IMG/VR virus record: IMGVR_UViG_3300025096_000004
Span: 96,001 to 160,000 of that record
DNA: 64,000 nt
Origin: a virus
Direction: 5' to 3' (one strand)
Shown: in pieces, positions 37,275-45,038 of the stretch
Numbering within the stretch: position 1 is the stretch's first letter
How the letters are laid out: every line of letters starts with the position of its first letter
Made by a program: the position numbers and the translations under genes
The notes under the pieces: model-generated
Databases searched by the model: none
What the model was told of the DNA's origin: nothing
What the model saw: the letters and a program-made list of their open reading frames with translations, nothing else

Positions 37275-38483
37275 ATGTCCTCAATGTTGGAACAAGCAAT
37301 TGTAGATGCCGCATCACTAAGAGAAGCAGCACTAAAAAACGCTGAGCAAGCTATTATTGAGAAATATGCACCCGAGATCAAAAGCGCTGTTGAAAGCATG
37401 CTGCAAGAAGAACCCGGCCAACGAGGAATGGGATCTCCCGTTCGACATGGTGGACAATTGGCACGAGTTACAGTTGAGTCCGATAACGGACAAGTTGGAA
37501 TCCAATACACTTCCGGCGGCAAGACTCATTTAGTTAACGAGGCCGATCTTGAGGAAGCTACAGAAGACGATATCCTCCAAGAAGAAGAAGGTGATATGAT
37601 GGGCGGAGCTATGTCTTCCGAACCAGCCGGCTCTGACATGAACATTCCACTCGGCGCCGCAGGCGGAGAAGCTATGTGTCCTTGCCCAGATGACGAAGAT
37701 TCTGTATCTTTTGAGTTCTCAATGGATGATTTTAAGGACATGGCTCAAGAGGAAGAACCCGGCGAACCATTCCCGACCCCCGGAGCAGACGAATTGGGTT
37801 TAGATCTCGGAGACGAAGAAGAAGACCCTCTCGCTCTTCAAGAGGACAACCGCTTTCAAGAAGTTCTTGATATGCTTGACGAAATCGCCACAAGCGACGA
37901 TGCCGAGGTCATTGCAGAGGATACTCTAGAAGAAGAATTAGTTATTGATATGGCAGGCCAGCACAAGAATGGCACCATTGAGACCAACGAATCCACCCTT
38001 GCCTATCAGCAAGAAATGGAATTAGCAAAGCAAGAATCTACCAAACATAAGGAAGAGAACGAAGCTTTGGGAAAGAAACTCGAAGAGCTTGATGAAGCTT
38101 ACAATAAGTTAAGCAAAGAACATGAACTCTACGAGAACACAATTTACAAATTAAATCAGAAGGTTCAAAGTACCCTTCTGTCAAACGCAAAATTACTTTA
38201 TTCAAATCGTGTATTGAGAGATGCCTCCTTGAATGAGCGACAAAAAGTTAAAATTGTCGAAGCCATCCAAAAAGCACGTAAACCAGAAGAAGCGAAAGCT
38301 CTTTGGGAAACCCTCAGAACTACAGTGGGATCTGACAATAAAAAGAAAGGTCCACAATCACTTAGTGAGTCAGTCAACCGAAGGTCCAACCTTTCTTCTA
38401 TGTTGCCTCGTCGCAACAACGTACAATCCAAGCAAGAAGATTCATTCTCAGAGAGGATGAGGAAGCTTGCAGGCATTAAATAA
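37275..38483 (+). CDS. Prohead core scaffolding protein (gp22-like position)
   Basis: Acidic coiled coil directly upstream of the MCP; NAKLLYSN and RMRKLAGIK C-terminus; AGGAG SD. Confidence 0.75.
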   Translation: MSSMLEQAIVDAASLREAALKNAEQAIIEKYAPEIKSAVESMLQEEPGQRGMGSPVRHGGQLARVTVESDNGQVGIQYTSGGKTHLVNEADLEEATEDDILQEEEGDMMGGAMSSEPAGSDMNIPLGAAGGEAMCPCPDDEDSVSFEFSMDDFKDMAQEEEPGEPFPTPGADELGLDLGDEEEDPLALQEDNRFQEVLDMLDEIATSDDAEVIAEDTLEEELVIDMAGQHKNGTIETNESTLAYQQEMELAKQESTKHKEENEALGKKLEELDEAYNKLSKEHELYENTIYKLNQKVQSTLLSNAKLLYSNRVLRDASLNERQKVKIVEAIQKARKPEEAKALWETLRTTVGSDNKKKGPQSLSESVNRRSNLSSMLPRRNNVQSKQEDSFSERMRKLAGIK

Positions 38484-38503
38484 CATTTAAGGAGGTTTAA
38501 ACT

Positions 38504-40435
38504 ATGTCTATAATTGAAAAATTGACAGAAGGCATTGTGAACCGTGACATGAAGAAAGAAGGGCAAGCTCTTCTTAACAAATGGACGGCCACAGGTCTTC
38601 TCGAAGGTCTTGAAACTGAACAAATGAAGCATAATATGGCTCGTTTGCTCGAAAATCAAGCCAAAGAGCTTCTCCGAGAAGCATCTGGTATGGGAGCCAG
38701 AGGTGACGTTGCAGGTTTTGCTGCTGTCGCATTCCCAATTGTTCGGCGTGTATTCGCCGGACTGATCGCTAATGATCTTGTTAGTGTTCAACCGATGAGT
38801 TTGCCATCTGGCCTCATCTTCTTCCTCGATTTCGTCTATGGTGATGAACTCGGCGCCGGAACAAATGCTGCTGGAGCAACTCGCTTTGGTAACACAATGG
38901 GTAACCAAACCGGTCCAGCCGAAGGCGATTCAATCTATGGTGGTGGCAAGGTCGCCTCTGGTATCTCAGAAGGTGTTAATCTTGTTGGTGCCACCAATAA
39001 AGAAACCCTTGGTGGTCCTCGTCAAGCTGTTGGTTATGCTTATGGCTCTCCAACTGGCTCCAATGCTGATGCACTTGCAAACGGTAATGCTGAATCTAAA
39101 CTTGTTTGTGCGTATCACTTAGATGGAACCATTAATGCAGATATGGGTAACGCTATTCTTTGGGATCCTGATTTGCTGGCATCTACCGACAGTTCATTGA
39201 TTATTTTTGCAATTGATGTTGTTGCTGGTACTGTGGGTTCCGCTGATTCTAATGCTTTCGAATCGGTTACAAGTGGTGTTGTCGATGCAGACTTTGACAA
39301 TCTTGCAGCGTTTGAATTGGATACTGCTGAAGCCGCAATTTATTTGAATGACTGTACAAACATTTCAAGTGTTGCAGCCGGCGATATCCAACAGATTCGT
39401 CGCTTGACTCATCTTGTAGACGCAAATTCTGCTTTTGTGTCGTCTTTGACCAACAATGCAAAAGCAGTTCGTTTTGTTTTTGTCGGAACAGCATCTGGCA
39501 TTACATTCACTTCTGCAAATAATACCACAACTCCTGCAAAACCATCATCTGCTGATTGGGGTGCTACTAAAGTTACATTCCCCGTAAAGGATCAAGCTAA
39601 GTCAACTGCTACCTCTGCTGGTGCATTGACCTCATTCGCCATGCCATTGGAAATGAATGATAAGATCCCAGAGATCGACATCAAGGTCGATAGCATCGCT
39701 ATCACCGCTCAAACCAAGAAACTGAAGGCCAAATGGTCACCAGAGCTTGGTCAAGATCTTAATGCATACCACAACTTGGATGCTGAAGTTGAGTTGACCT
39801 CTATCCTTTCTGAGCAAGTTGCTCTTGAAATCGATCGAGAAATCTTGGCTGATCTTGTGAATGGTGCAAAAGCTGCGACCTATTATTGGTCTCGTTCTCC
39901 CGGCCTTTTCGTTAATCGCTTGACTGGTGCTGAACTTGGTGCAACTTCTGCTGCTCCCGACTTCACTGGAACGGTTTCCGAATGGTATGAAACCTTGATT
40001 GAAACAATTAATGATGTTTCTGCTCAAATTCATATGAAGACACTTCGCGGTGGCGCCAATTTTGTTGTTTGCTCTCCTGAAGTTGCTAACATTCTTGAGT
40101 TTACCTCTGGTTTCCGAGCTAATGTCACTGCTGATGCAGATAAGGGCGACATCGGAGCAGTTAAGGCTGGTTCTCTGAATCGTAAATTCGACGTTATCGT
40201 TGATCCTTACTTCCTTCGTAACGTAATCCTTATTGGGCGTAAAGGAAATTCTTTCCTTGAGTCTGGTTATGTGTATGCACCTTATGTGCCTCTCCAAACC
40301 ACTCCAACGATCTTCGGCGTAGAGGACTTCGTGCCTCGTAAAGGGGTTATGACCCGTTACGCTAAGAAGATGGTCCGTCCTGATATGTACGGTCTCGTCA
40401 TCATTCGAGGTCTTCTTGGAGAGTCTGGTTCCTAA
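38504..40435 (+). CDS. gp23: Major capsid protein (T4 gp23-like)
   Basis: DLVSVQPMSLPSGLIF, TKKLKAKWSPELGQDL.AYH.LDAEVEL..ILSE, YVYAPYVPL and GVMTRY motifs; AAGGAGGT SD. Confidence 0.95.
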   Translation: MSIIEKLTEGIVNRDMKKEGQALLNKWTATGLLEGLETEQMKHNMARLLENQAKELLREASGMGARGDVAGFAAVAFPIVRRVFAGLIANDLVSVQPMSLPSGLIFFLDFVYGDELGAGTNAAGATRFGNTMGNQTGPAEGDSIYGGGKVASGISEGVNLVGATNKETLGGPRQAVGYAYGSPTGSNADALANGNAESKLVCAYHLDGTINADMGNAILWDPDLLASTDSSLIIFAIDVVAGTVGSADSNAFESVTSGVVDADFDNLAAFELDTAEAAIYLNDCTNISSVAAGDIQQIRRLTHLVDANSAFVSSLTNNAKAVRFVFVGTASGITFTSANNTTTPAKPSSADWGATKVTFPVKDQAKSTATSAGALTSFAMPLEMNDKIPEIDIKVDSIAITAQTKKLKAKWSPELGQDLNAYHNLDAEVELTSILSEQVALEIDREILADLVNGAKAATYYWSRSPGLFVNRLTGAELGATSAAPDFTGTVSEWYETLIETINDVSAQIHMKTLRGGANFVVCSPEVANILEFTSGFRANVTADADKGDIGAVKAGSLNRKFDVIVDPYFLRNVILIGRKGNSFLESGYVYAPYVPLQTTPTIFGVEDFVPRKGVMTRYAKKMVRPDMYGLVIIRGLLGESGS

Positions 40436-40462
40436 TCAGATAATCTAGGAAATTAAAATATG

Positions 40463-40494
40463 CCCCCGGAGGAAACTCCGGGGGTTTTCTTTTT
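40463..40494 (+). terminator. Rho-independent terminator after the MCP
   Basis: cccccggag-GAAA-ctccggggg followed by ttttcttttt. Confidence 0.9.
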
Positions 40495-40500
40495 CTGGAT

Positions 40501-40508
40501 ACTATTTA
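40501..40508 (+). promoter_or_regulatory. Candidate late promoter motif ACTATTTA
   Basis: Directly after the terminator and upstream of the 40564 gene. Confidence 0.6.
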
Positions 40509-40563
40509 CTAATGATTACGCACCGAGCGTAAAGAAGAATTACATACTAAGGAGATATAAATT

Positions 40564-41034
40564 ATGTCAAGAGTTGCAAGAAGCGCAAGAGTCGCAAGCC
40601 GACAAAGAGTTGAGACACTTAGTGGAGCAAAAACCATTGAATCGGCAGAAACCGGTGAACTTTACTTGGTGTCCGCCGCCTCTACAGTGACTTTGCCACG
40701 CCCACAAGAGGGTGCTTACTTTAAATTTATTGTTAGTGCTGATATCACAAGCGCCAGCGCACTGGTTATTCAATCCCATGCTGCTGGTTCTGGAGATATG
40801 GCCGGAAGTGTTCAATGTGTTACTGAAGGTGGCAGTGGACATGCTGGCGATAATCATGCTGATGCCCAAGCTGCAATTGCCGATGGGCATGATAAATTGA
40901 CTATTGGTGATGGCTCAAACCCTATTCATGCGGGCTCTCGTGTGGAGTGCGTTTCTGATGGTACAAACTGGTTTGTTCATGGGTTCATATGGGCAAACGA
41001 TAATGGTGCCGCAGCAGCATTTGGCGACCAATAG
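40564..41034 (+). CDS. Small virion (possible capsid decoration) protein, paralog of 41159
   Basis: AAGGAG SD; GELYLVSAASTVTLP..GAYFKFIV..HAGSRVECVSDGTNWFV. Confidence 0.65.
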   Translation: MSRVARSARVASRQRVETLSGAKTIESAETGELYLVSAASTVTLPRPQEGAYFKFIVSADITSASALVIQSHAAGSGDMAGSVQCVTEGGSGHAGDNHADAQAAIADGHDKLTIGDGSNPIHAGSRVECVSDGTNWFVHGFIWANDNGAAAAFGDQ

Positions 41035-41063
41035 TCTCACAAGCTCCTCAAGAAAAAGACAAG

Positions 41064-41084
41064 GCTCACTTCGGTGAGCTTTTT
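41064..41084 (+). terminator. Rho-independent terminator (cUUCGg loop)
   Basis: gctcac-TTCG-gtgagc-ttttt. Confidence 0.85.
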
Positions 41085-41096
41085 CTATATGAGAGC

Positions 41097-41104
41097 ACTA
41101 CTTA
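41097..41104 (+). promoter_or_regulatory. Candidate late promoter variant ACTACTTA
   Basis: After the terminator and upstream of the 41159 start. Confidence 0.45.
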
Positions 41105-41158
41105 GTAATGAAGAACAAACATGTGTTCTTAATTAATTTTATAAGGAGAAACCTATAC

Positions 41159-41626
41159 ATGTCATATGTCGCAAAATATCAAAGAGTCGCCACCATTTCT
41201 GGCAATTACGCCATTGGCGGAACCAACCAAGCTGACCACGCTCAAGAATCGGGCCGACTCTATTTAGTTAGTGCTGCTTGCACAGTTACTCTTCCCGCAG
41301 TCAGAGATGGCGCCTATTATAAATTTGTTGTTAAGCAAGATATCACCAGTGCCAGCGCTTTAATTATCAATGCTGTTGCCGGAGAAGATATGGCTGGATC
41401 CATTCGGGTTCATGTTGAGGGAAGCTCAGGAAACGCCGCTGAACTCACCGCCATTGCACAGGCAGACCCCGCTGATGGTCACGACAAATTAACTATTGGC
41501 GGTGGCTCCAATGCCCTCCATGCTGGTTCTTGGGTTGAATGTTTCTCTGATGGCACCTATTGGTATCTTTATGGCGACATGTGGGCCAATAATGATGCTG
41601 TTGTTGCTACTTTCGGAGATCAGTAA
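41159..41626 (+). CDS. Small virion (possible capsid decoration) protein, paralog of 40564
   Basis: Start reassigned to 41159 (AAGGAG SD at 41143-48); GRLYLVSAACTVTLP..HAGSWVECFSDGTYWYL. Confidence 0.65.
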   Translation: MSYVAKYQRVATISGNYAIGGTNQADHAQESGRLYLVSAACTVTLPAVRDGAYYKFVVKQDITSASALIINAVAGEDMAGSIRVHVEGSSGNAAELTAIAQADPADGHDKLTIGGGSNALHAGSWVECFSDGTYWYLYGDMWANNDAVVATFGDQ

Positions 41627-41650
41627 CTTTTCTTCAATAGTAAGATCAAA

Positions 41651-41671
41651 GCTCACTTCGGTGGGCTTTTT
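41651..41671 (+). terminator. Rho-independent terminator, near-copy of the 41064 terminator
   Basis: gctcac-TTCG-gtgggc-ttttt. Confidence 0.85.
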
Positions 41672-41680
41672 CTGTTTGAG

Positions 41681-41688
41681 ACTATTTA
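41681..41688 (+). promoter_or_regulatory. Candidate late promoter motif ACTATTTA
   Basis: 10 nt after the terminator; 33 nt upstream of the 41714 start. Confidence 0.6.
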
Positions 41689-41713
41689 CTATATAACCTA
41701 GGAGAAGATTGTA

Positions 41714-42058
41714 ATGGGTAGAAGAAATAGAAGAAGAAAGGCAATGATGAGAAAAGTTAAAGCTGGGCACCAACTGGATGATACTCTTTTGCGTAAAGTA
41801 GGATTAGGACATGTTGTCGATGAAAGACTAAAGTTGGAAGCTGAAGAGAAAGCCCAAGCAGCCGAAGAAGTACGATTGAAGGCAGAAGAAGAGGCCCAAT
41901 TAAAGGCCCAAGCTGAAGCCAAAGCCGCCGCTGATGCGAAAGCAAAAGCAGAAGCAGAAGCTGATGCGAAAGCAAAGAAAGCCATCCCCGCAAAAGCTAA
42001 AAAACCCAAGCCCAAAAGAGCCCCACGGCGGAAATCCACTGTAAAAGAGAAGAAATGA
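41714..42058 (+). CDS. Lys/Ala/Glu-rich low-complexity protein with basic termini
   Basis: AGGAG SD; RRNRRRK N-terminus, AEAKAAADAKAKAEA helix, KKPKPKRAPRRK tail. Confidence 0.6.
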   Translation: MGRRNRRRKAMMRKVKAGHQLDDTLLRKVGLGHVVDERLKLEAEEKAQAAEEVRLKAEEEAQLKAQAEAKAAADAKAKAEAEADAKAKKAIPAKAKKPKPKRAPRRKSTVKEKK

Positions 42059-42297
42059 AAAAATTATCTAAATTACAACAAAAATTGTGGGATTCTGGCC
42101 AATTAAAGCCAAACCCCATCCCAAGACAAGAAGACAATTCGGTAATGATTGACAAAATGAAAAACCAATCCAACATTAACCTTATGAAGCTTAAAAAAAA
42201 TGATCTTTTAGCAATCGCCGAAGGCATGGGGTGTAAAGTGACCCCTAAGAATACTAAGAAACAAATCATTGAAGCCATTGAAAAACAATCCGCATAA
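42055..42297 (+). CDS. Small protein with Rho-N/HeH-like helical nucleic-acid-binding domain
   Basis: LMKLKKNDLLAIAEGMGCKVTPKNTKKQIIEAI resembles the Rho_N/SAP pattern. Confidence 0.6.
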   Translation: MKKLSKLQQKLWDSGQLKPNPIPRQEDNSVMIDKMKNQSNINLMKLKKNDLLAIAEGMGCKVTPKNTKKQIIEAIEKQSA

Positions 42298-42307
42298 TAA
42301 ATTTAAG

Positions 42308-42315
42308 ACTATTTA
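42308..42315 (+). promoter_or_regulatory. Candidate late promoter motif ACTATTTA
   Basis: Intergenic, 31 nt upstream of the neck gene (GGAGG SD). Confidence 0.6.
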
Positions 42316-42338
42316 CTTGAGACTGGAGGATTATATGA

Positions 42339-43619
42339 ATGGCTGTACCAACTTTAACACCCGTCTCTAAGACAAGTGCAATTGTGCTCCCATCCGCTGG
42401 CACACCAGAAAACGTCGCCGCTGCATGCCCAATTGGCGTATACATTGGTTCTGTTGATTTTTTGTCTGGCGCATCGGCACAGGTTGCTTATACCTATAAG
42501 AAGCTTGGTGGCGATATACTTGATATCGAAATTACTGAACAAAACGTTTATGCTAACTATGAAGAGGCTTGCCTCGAGTATTCTTATTTGGTTAATATAC
42601 ATCAATCGAAGAATTCCCTTGGCTCTGCTCTCGGAGCAAGCACGGGATCTTTCGACCACACAGGCGAGTTCTCAGGCTCGGCATCAGGCTCTGCTGCTAA
42701 CGTGGGTGCAAATGTTAAATTTCCAAAAATTCGTTTTGAAGCTTCAAATCGCTTAAGTGATACTTATTCGACCACAACAGGTATTGGTGGAACAGAACAA
42801 GTGTATTCTGCCTCTTTTGATACAGTCAATGAGAAACAAGATTATGATTTGCAAAGTATTGTTTCTTCCTCAGCCGCTGATTCAGATAATAGCGCATATC
42901 CGTACTATGATAAAGTCGGAGACAAAAGAATAATTATTAAAAACGTATATTATCGAACCCCATTTGCCGTCTGGAGATTCTATGGTTATTATGGCGGGCT
43001 GAACGTTGTGGGCAACTTTCATAATTACGGACAATACACAGATGATAGCTCATTTGAGGTTATTCCGTCATGGCACAACAAGATGCAGGCCGTAGCCTAT
43101 GAAGACCACCTTTATACGAGAACATCTCATTATTCTTACGAAGTTATAGACAACAAGCTGCGTATTTATCCTGCCCCCGACCGAGGAATGTCTCCGGTCA
43201 AGTTTTGGTTCAGATTTACAATCAAGACCGGCCCATTCGAGGACGAAGGAAATAACGAAGACGGCTTAAATGGCGTTAACAACATGAGCAATCTTCCATT
43301 TGAGAACATTGCATATAATACAATCAACTCAATTGGCAAACAATGGATTCGAAGGTTTGCCCTTGCTCTTTCAAAAGAGACTCTCGGCCAAGTCCGAGGT
43401 AAATTTGGAGGCGCCGTGCCCATACCCGGCGACTCTATATCGTTAAACGCCTCAGATTTGCTTGGACAAGCAAAGGAAGAGCAAACAGCCCTTCGAGATG
43501 AGCTAAAAACCGTCCTCGACGAGATGACATATGACAAAATTATAGAAAAAGAAGCAGCAATGGGCGAAAATTCAATGAAAACGCAAGAAAAGTCGCCCTT
43601 GCCGGTCTTTGTGGGGTAA
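42339..43619 (+). CDS. Neck/head-completion protein (T4 gp13-like)
   Basis: QWIRRFALALSKETLGQVRGKFGG..PGD.I.LN..DLL..AKEE pattern; position after the capsid genes. Confidence 0.75.
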   Translation: MAVPTLTPVSKTSAIVLPSAGTPENVAAACPIGVYIGSVDFLSGASAQVAYTYKKLGGDILDIEITEQNVYANYEEACLEYSYLVNIHQSKNSLGSALGASTGSFDHTGEFSGSASGSAANVGANVKFPKIRFEASNRLSDTYSTTTGIGGTEQVYSASFDTVNEKQDYDLQSIVSSSAADSDNSAYPYYDKVGDKRIIIKNVYYRTPFAVWRFYGYYGGLNVVGNFHNYGQYTDDSSFEVIPSWHNKMQAVAYEDHLYTRTSHYSYEVIDNKLRIYPAPDRGMSPVKFWFRFTIKTGPFEDEGNNEDGLNGVNNMSNLPFENIAYNTINSIGKQWIRRFALALSKETLGQVRGKFGGAVPIPGDSISLNASDLLGQAKEEQTALRDELKTVLDEMTYDKIIEKEAAMGENSMKTQEKSPLPVFVG

Positions 43620-43623
43620 ATAA

Positions 43624-44115
43624 ATGGCAGATGATAAATGGAAAGCACCAGAACAGTCGCCTCCTCCGATGTTTTTCGGAGATAAAGAGAAAGATTTGGT
43701 CAAACAGATCAATGACGAGATCATAGAGCGTGTTGTCGGCCAAGAAGTCCTCTATTTTCCGATTGATTTGAATTATACCAACTTTCATCCGTTATATGGC
43801 GAGGCCATAGAAAAAACTTTCTTACCTCCGGTAAGGGTATATGCAAGAGTTGAGTACGGTGGTGTAGAAACCATGTTTATGGAGAATGTTGGTCTCGATA
43901 AGAAGACAACTCTTAAAGTTATGTTTCATAAGAGACGCTTAACAGAAGACCAGAACCTGTTTGTCCGTGAGGGCGATTTCCTTAAGTATGGATCTATCTA
44001 TTATGAGATAGTAAAATTAAATGAACCAAAACACCTTTTTGGTCAGGCCGATAATCAGTTCGAAATCCAAGCCGAATGTATAAGATCAAGGGATGGACTT
44101 TTCAATGCAAAGTAA
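43624..44115 (+). CDS. Neck protein (T4 gp14-like)
   Basis: LVKQINDEIIE..VG.EVLY..HPLYGEAIEK.F pattern; synteny. Confidence 0.7.
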   Translation: MADDKWKAPEQSPPPMFFGDKEKDLVKQINDEIIERVVGQEVLYFPIDLNYTNFHPLYGEAIEKTFLPPVRVYARVEYGGVETMFMENVGLDKKTTLKVMFHKRRLTEDQNLFVREGDFLKYGSIYYEIVKLNEPKHLFGQADNQFEIQAECIRSRDGLFNAK

Positions 44116-44974
44116 AACCAGAGATGTAGAATTTCTTCCATCAACGATGGAAACTATTGACACTGCTTTCTATGAGTGGGTTGATGAGTCTCTTAACATA
44201 TCTGTTAATTCTAATGCTGGCTGGAATAAGGTTCCTGTATTGTGGCTGTCGGCCGAACGTGCCTATCAGGTTAAACATACTAAAGAGTTGCGAGACTCTG
44301 TTGGTAAGTTAAAGCTACCAATTATAACAGTGACTAGAATGTCTATAACTAAAGATAGACAATTCAAGGGAGCAATGCAAGCTCACTTTCCAAATGATTC
44401 TTTATACTCTGGAGATTACAAAGGCGGCACGATACAAATAGCTCGAAGAATTAAGCAAAATAAAACGAGGGATTTCGCTAATAAAGACCTCCGCAAGGGA
44501 ATTCTTGGTGTAACACCCACCGGAGAGTCTGAATATACTGGCCCTAGAGACAACAAGAAGGTGGTCTATGAAACCTTGTCTATTCCTATCCCAACCCATG
44601 TTACTGTTAAATATAGCATCACTTTGAGATCTGAGTATCAACAACAGATGAATACTATGATACAACCATTTATAACTCGTACTGGCAATGTGTCTGGTTT
44701 TATATTTGGAAAAGATAATCATAAATTTGAGGGCTTTGTGGAACAAGACTTTAGTGATTCCAATAATATGACAAACCTTGGAGAAGAGGAAAGAAAGTTC
44801 GAAACAAAGGTCGAAGTGAAAGTTCTTGGCTATTTAATAGGTGAAGGCCCCAATGATCCAAGGCCCAAAATAACAATTAGGGAGAATCAAGTTGAGGTTA
44901 GAATCTCCCGAGAAAAAGTTATTACAGGCGATTTGAGACCTTGGGCCAAAGATGATGGTAAATACAGAGAATAA
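44093..44974 (+). CDS. Tail terminator/sheath stabiliser (T4 gp15-like; start may be 44105)
   Basis: VPVLWLSAER..LPIITVTR..IPIPTHVTVKYSI pattern; between neck and sheath. Confidence 0.7.
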   Translation: MDFSMQSKTRDVEFLPSTMETIDTAFYEWVDESLNISVNSNAGWNKVPVLWLSAERAYQVKHTKELRDSVGKLKLPIITVTRMSITKDRQFKGAMQAHFPNDSLYSGDYKGGTIQIARRIKQNKTRDFANKDLRKGILGVTPTGESEYTGPRDNKKVVYETLSIPIPTHVTVKYSITLRSEYQQQMNTMIQPFITRTGNVSGFIFGKDNHKFEGFVEQDFSDSNNMTNLGEEERKFETKVEVKVLGYLIGEGPNDPRPKITIRENQVEVRISREKVITGDLRPWAKDDGKYRE

Positions 44975-44995
44975 TGGTTATTCAACGAACAAGAT

Positions 44996-45003
44996 ACTAT
45001 TTA
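44996..45003 (+). promoter_or_regulatory. Candidate late promoter motif ACTATTTA
   Basis: Intergenic, 43 nt upstream of the sheath start (AAGGAG SD). Confidence 0.6.
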
Positions 45004-45038
45004 CTACAAGATATAGTTATAAAAGGAGATAATTCTTA

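Noticed and set aside
41714-42058. TolA-like annotation for the Ala/Lys-rich ORF
   Set aside because: Similarity would come from low complexity only; there is no TM anchor or TolA domain III.
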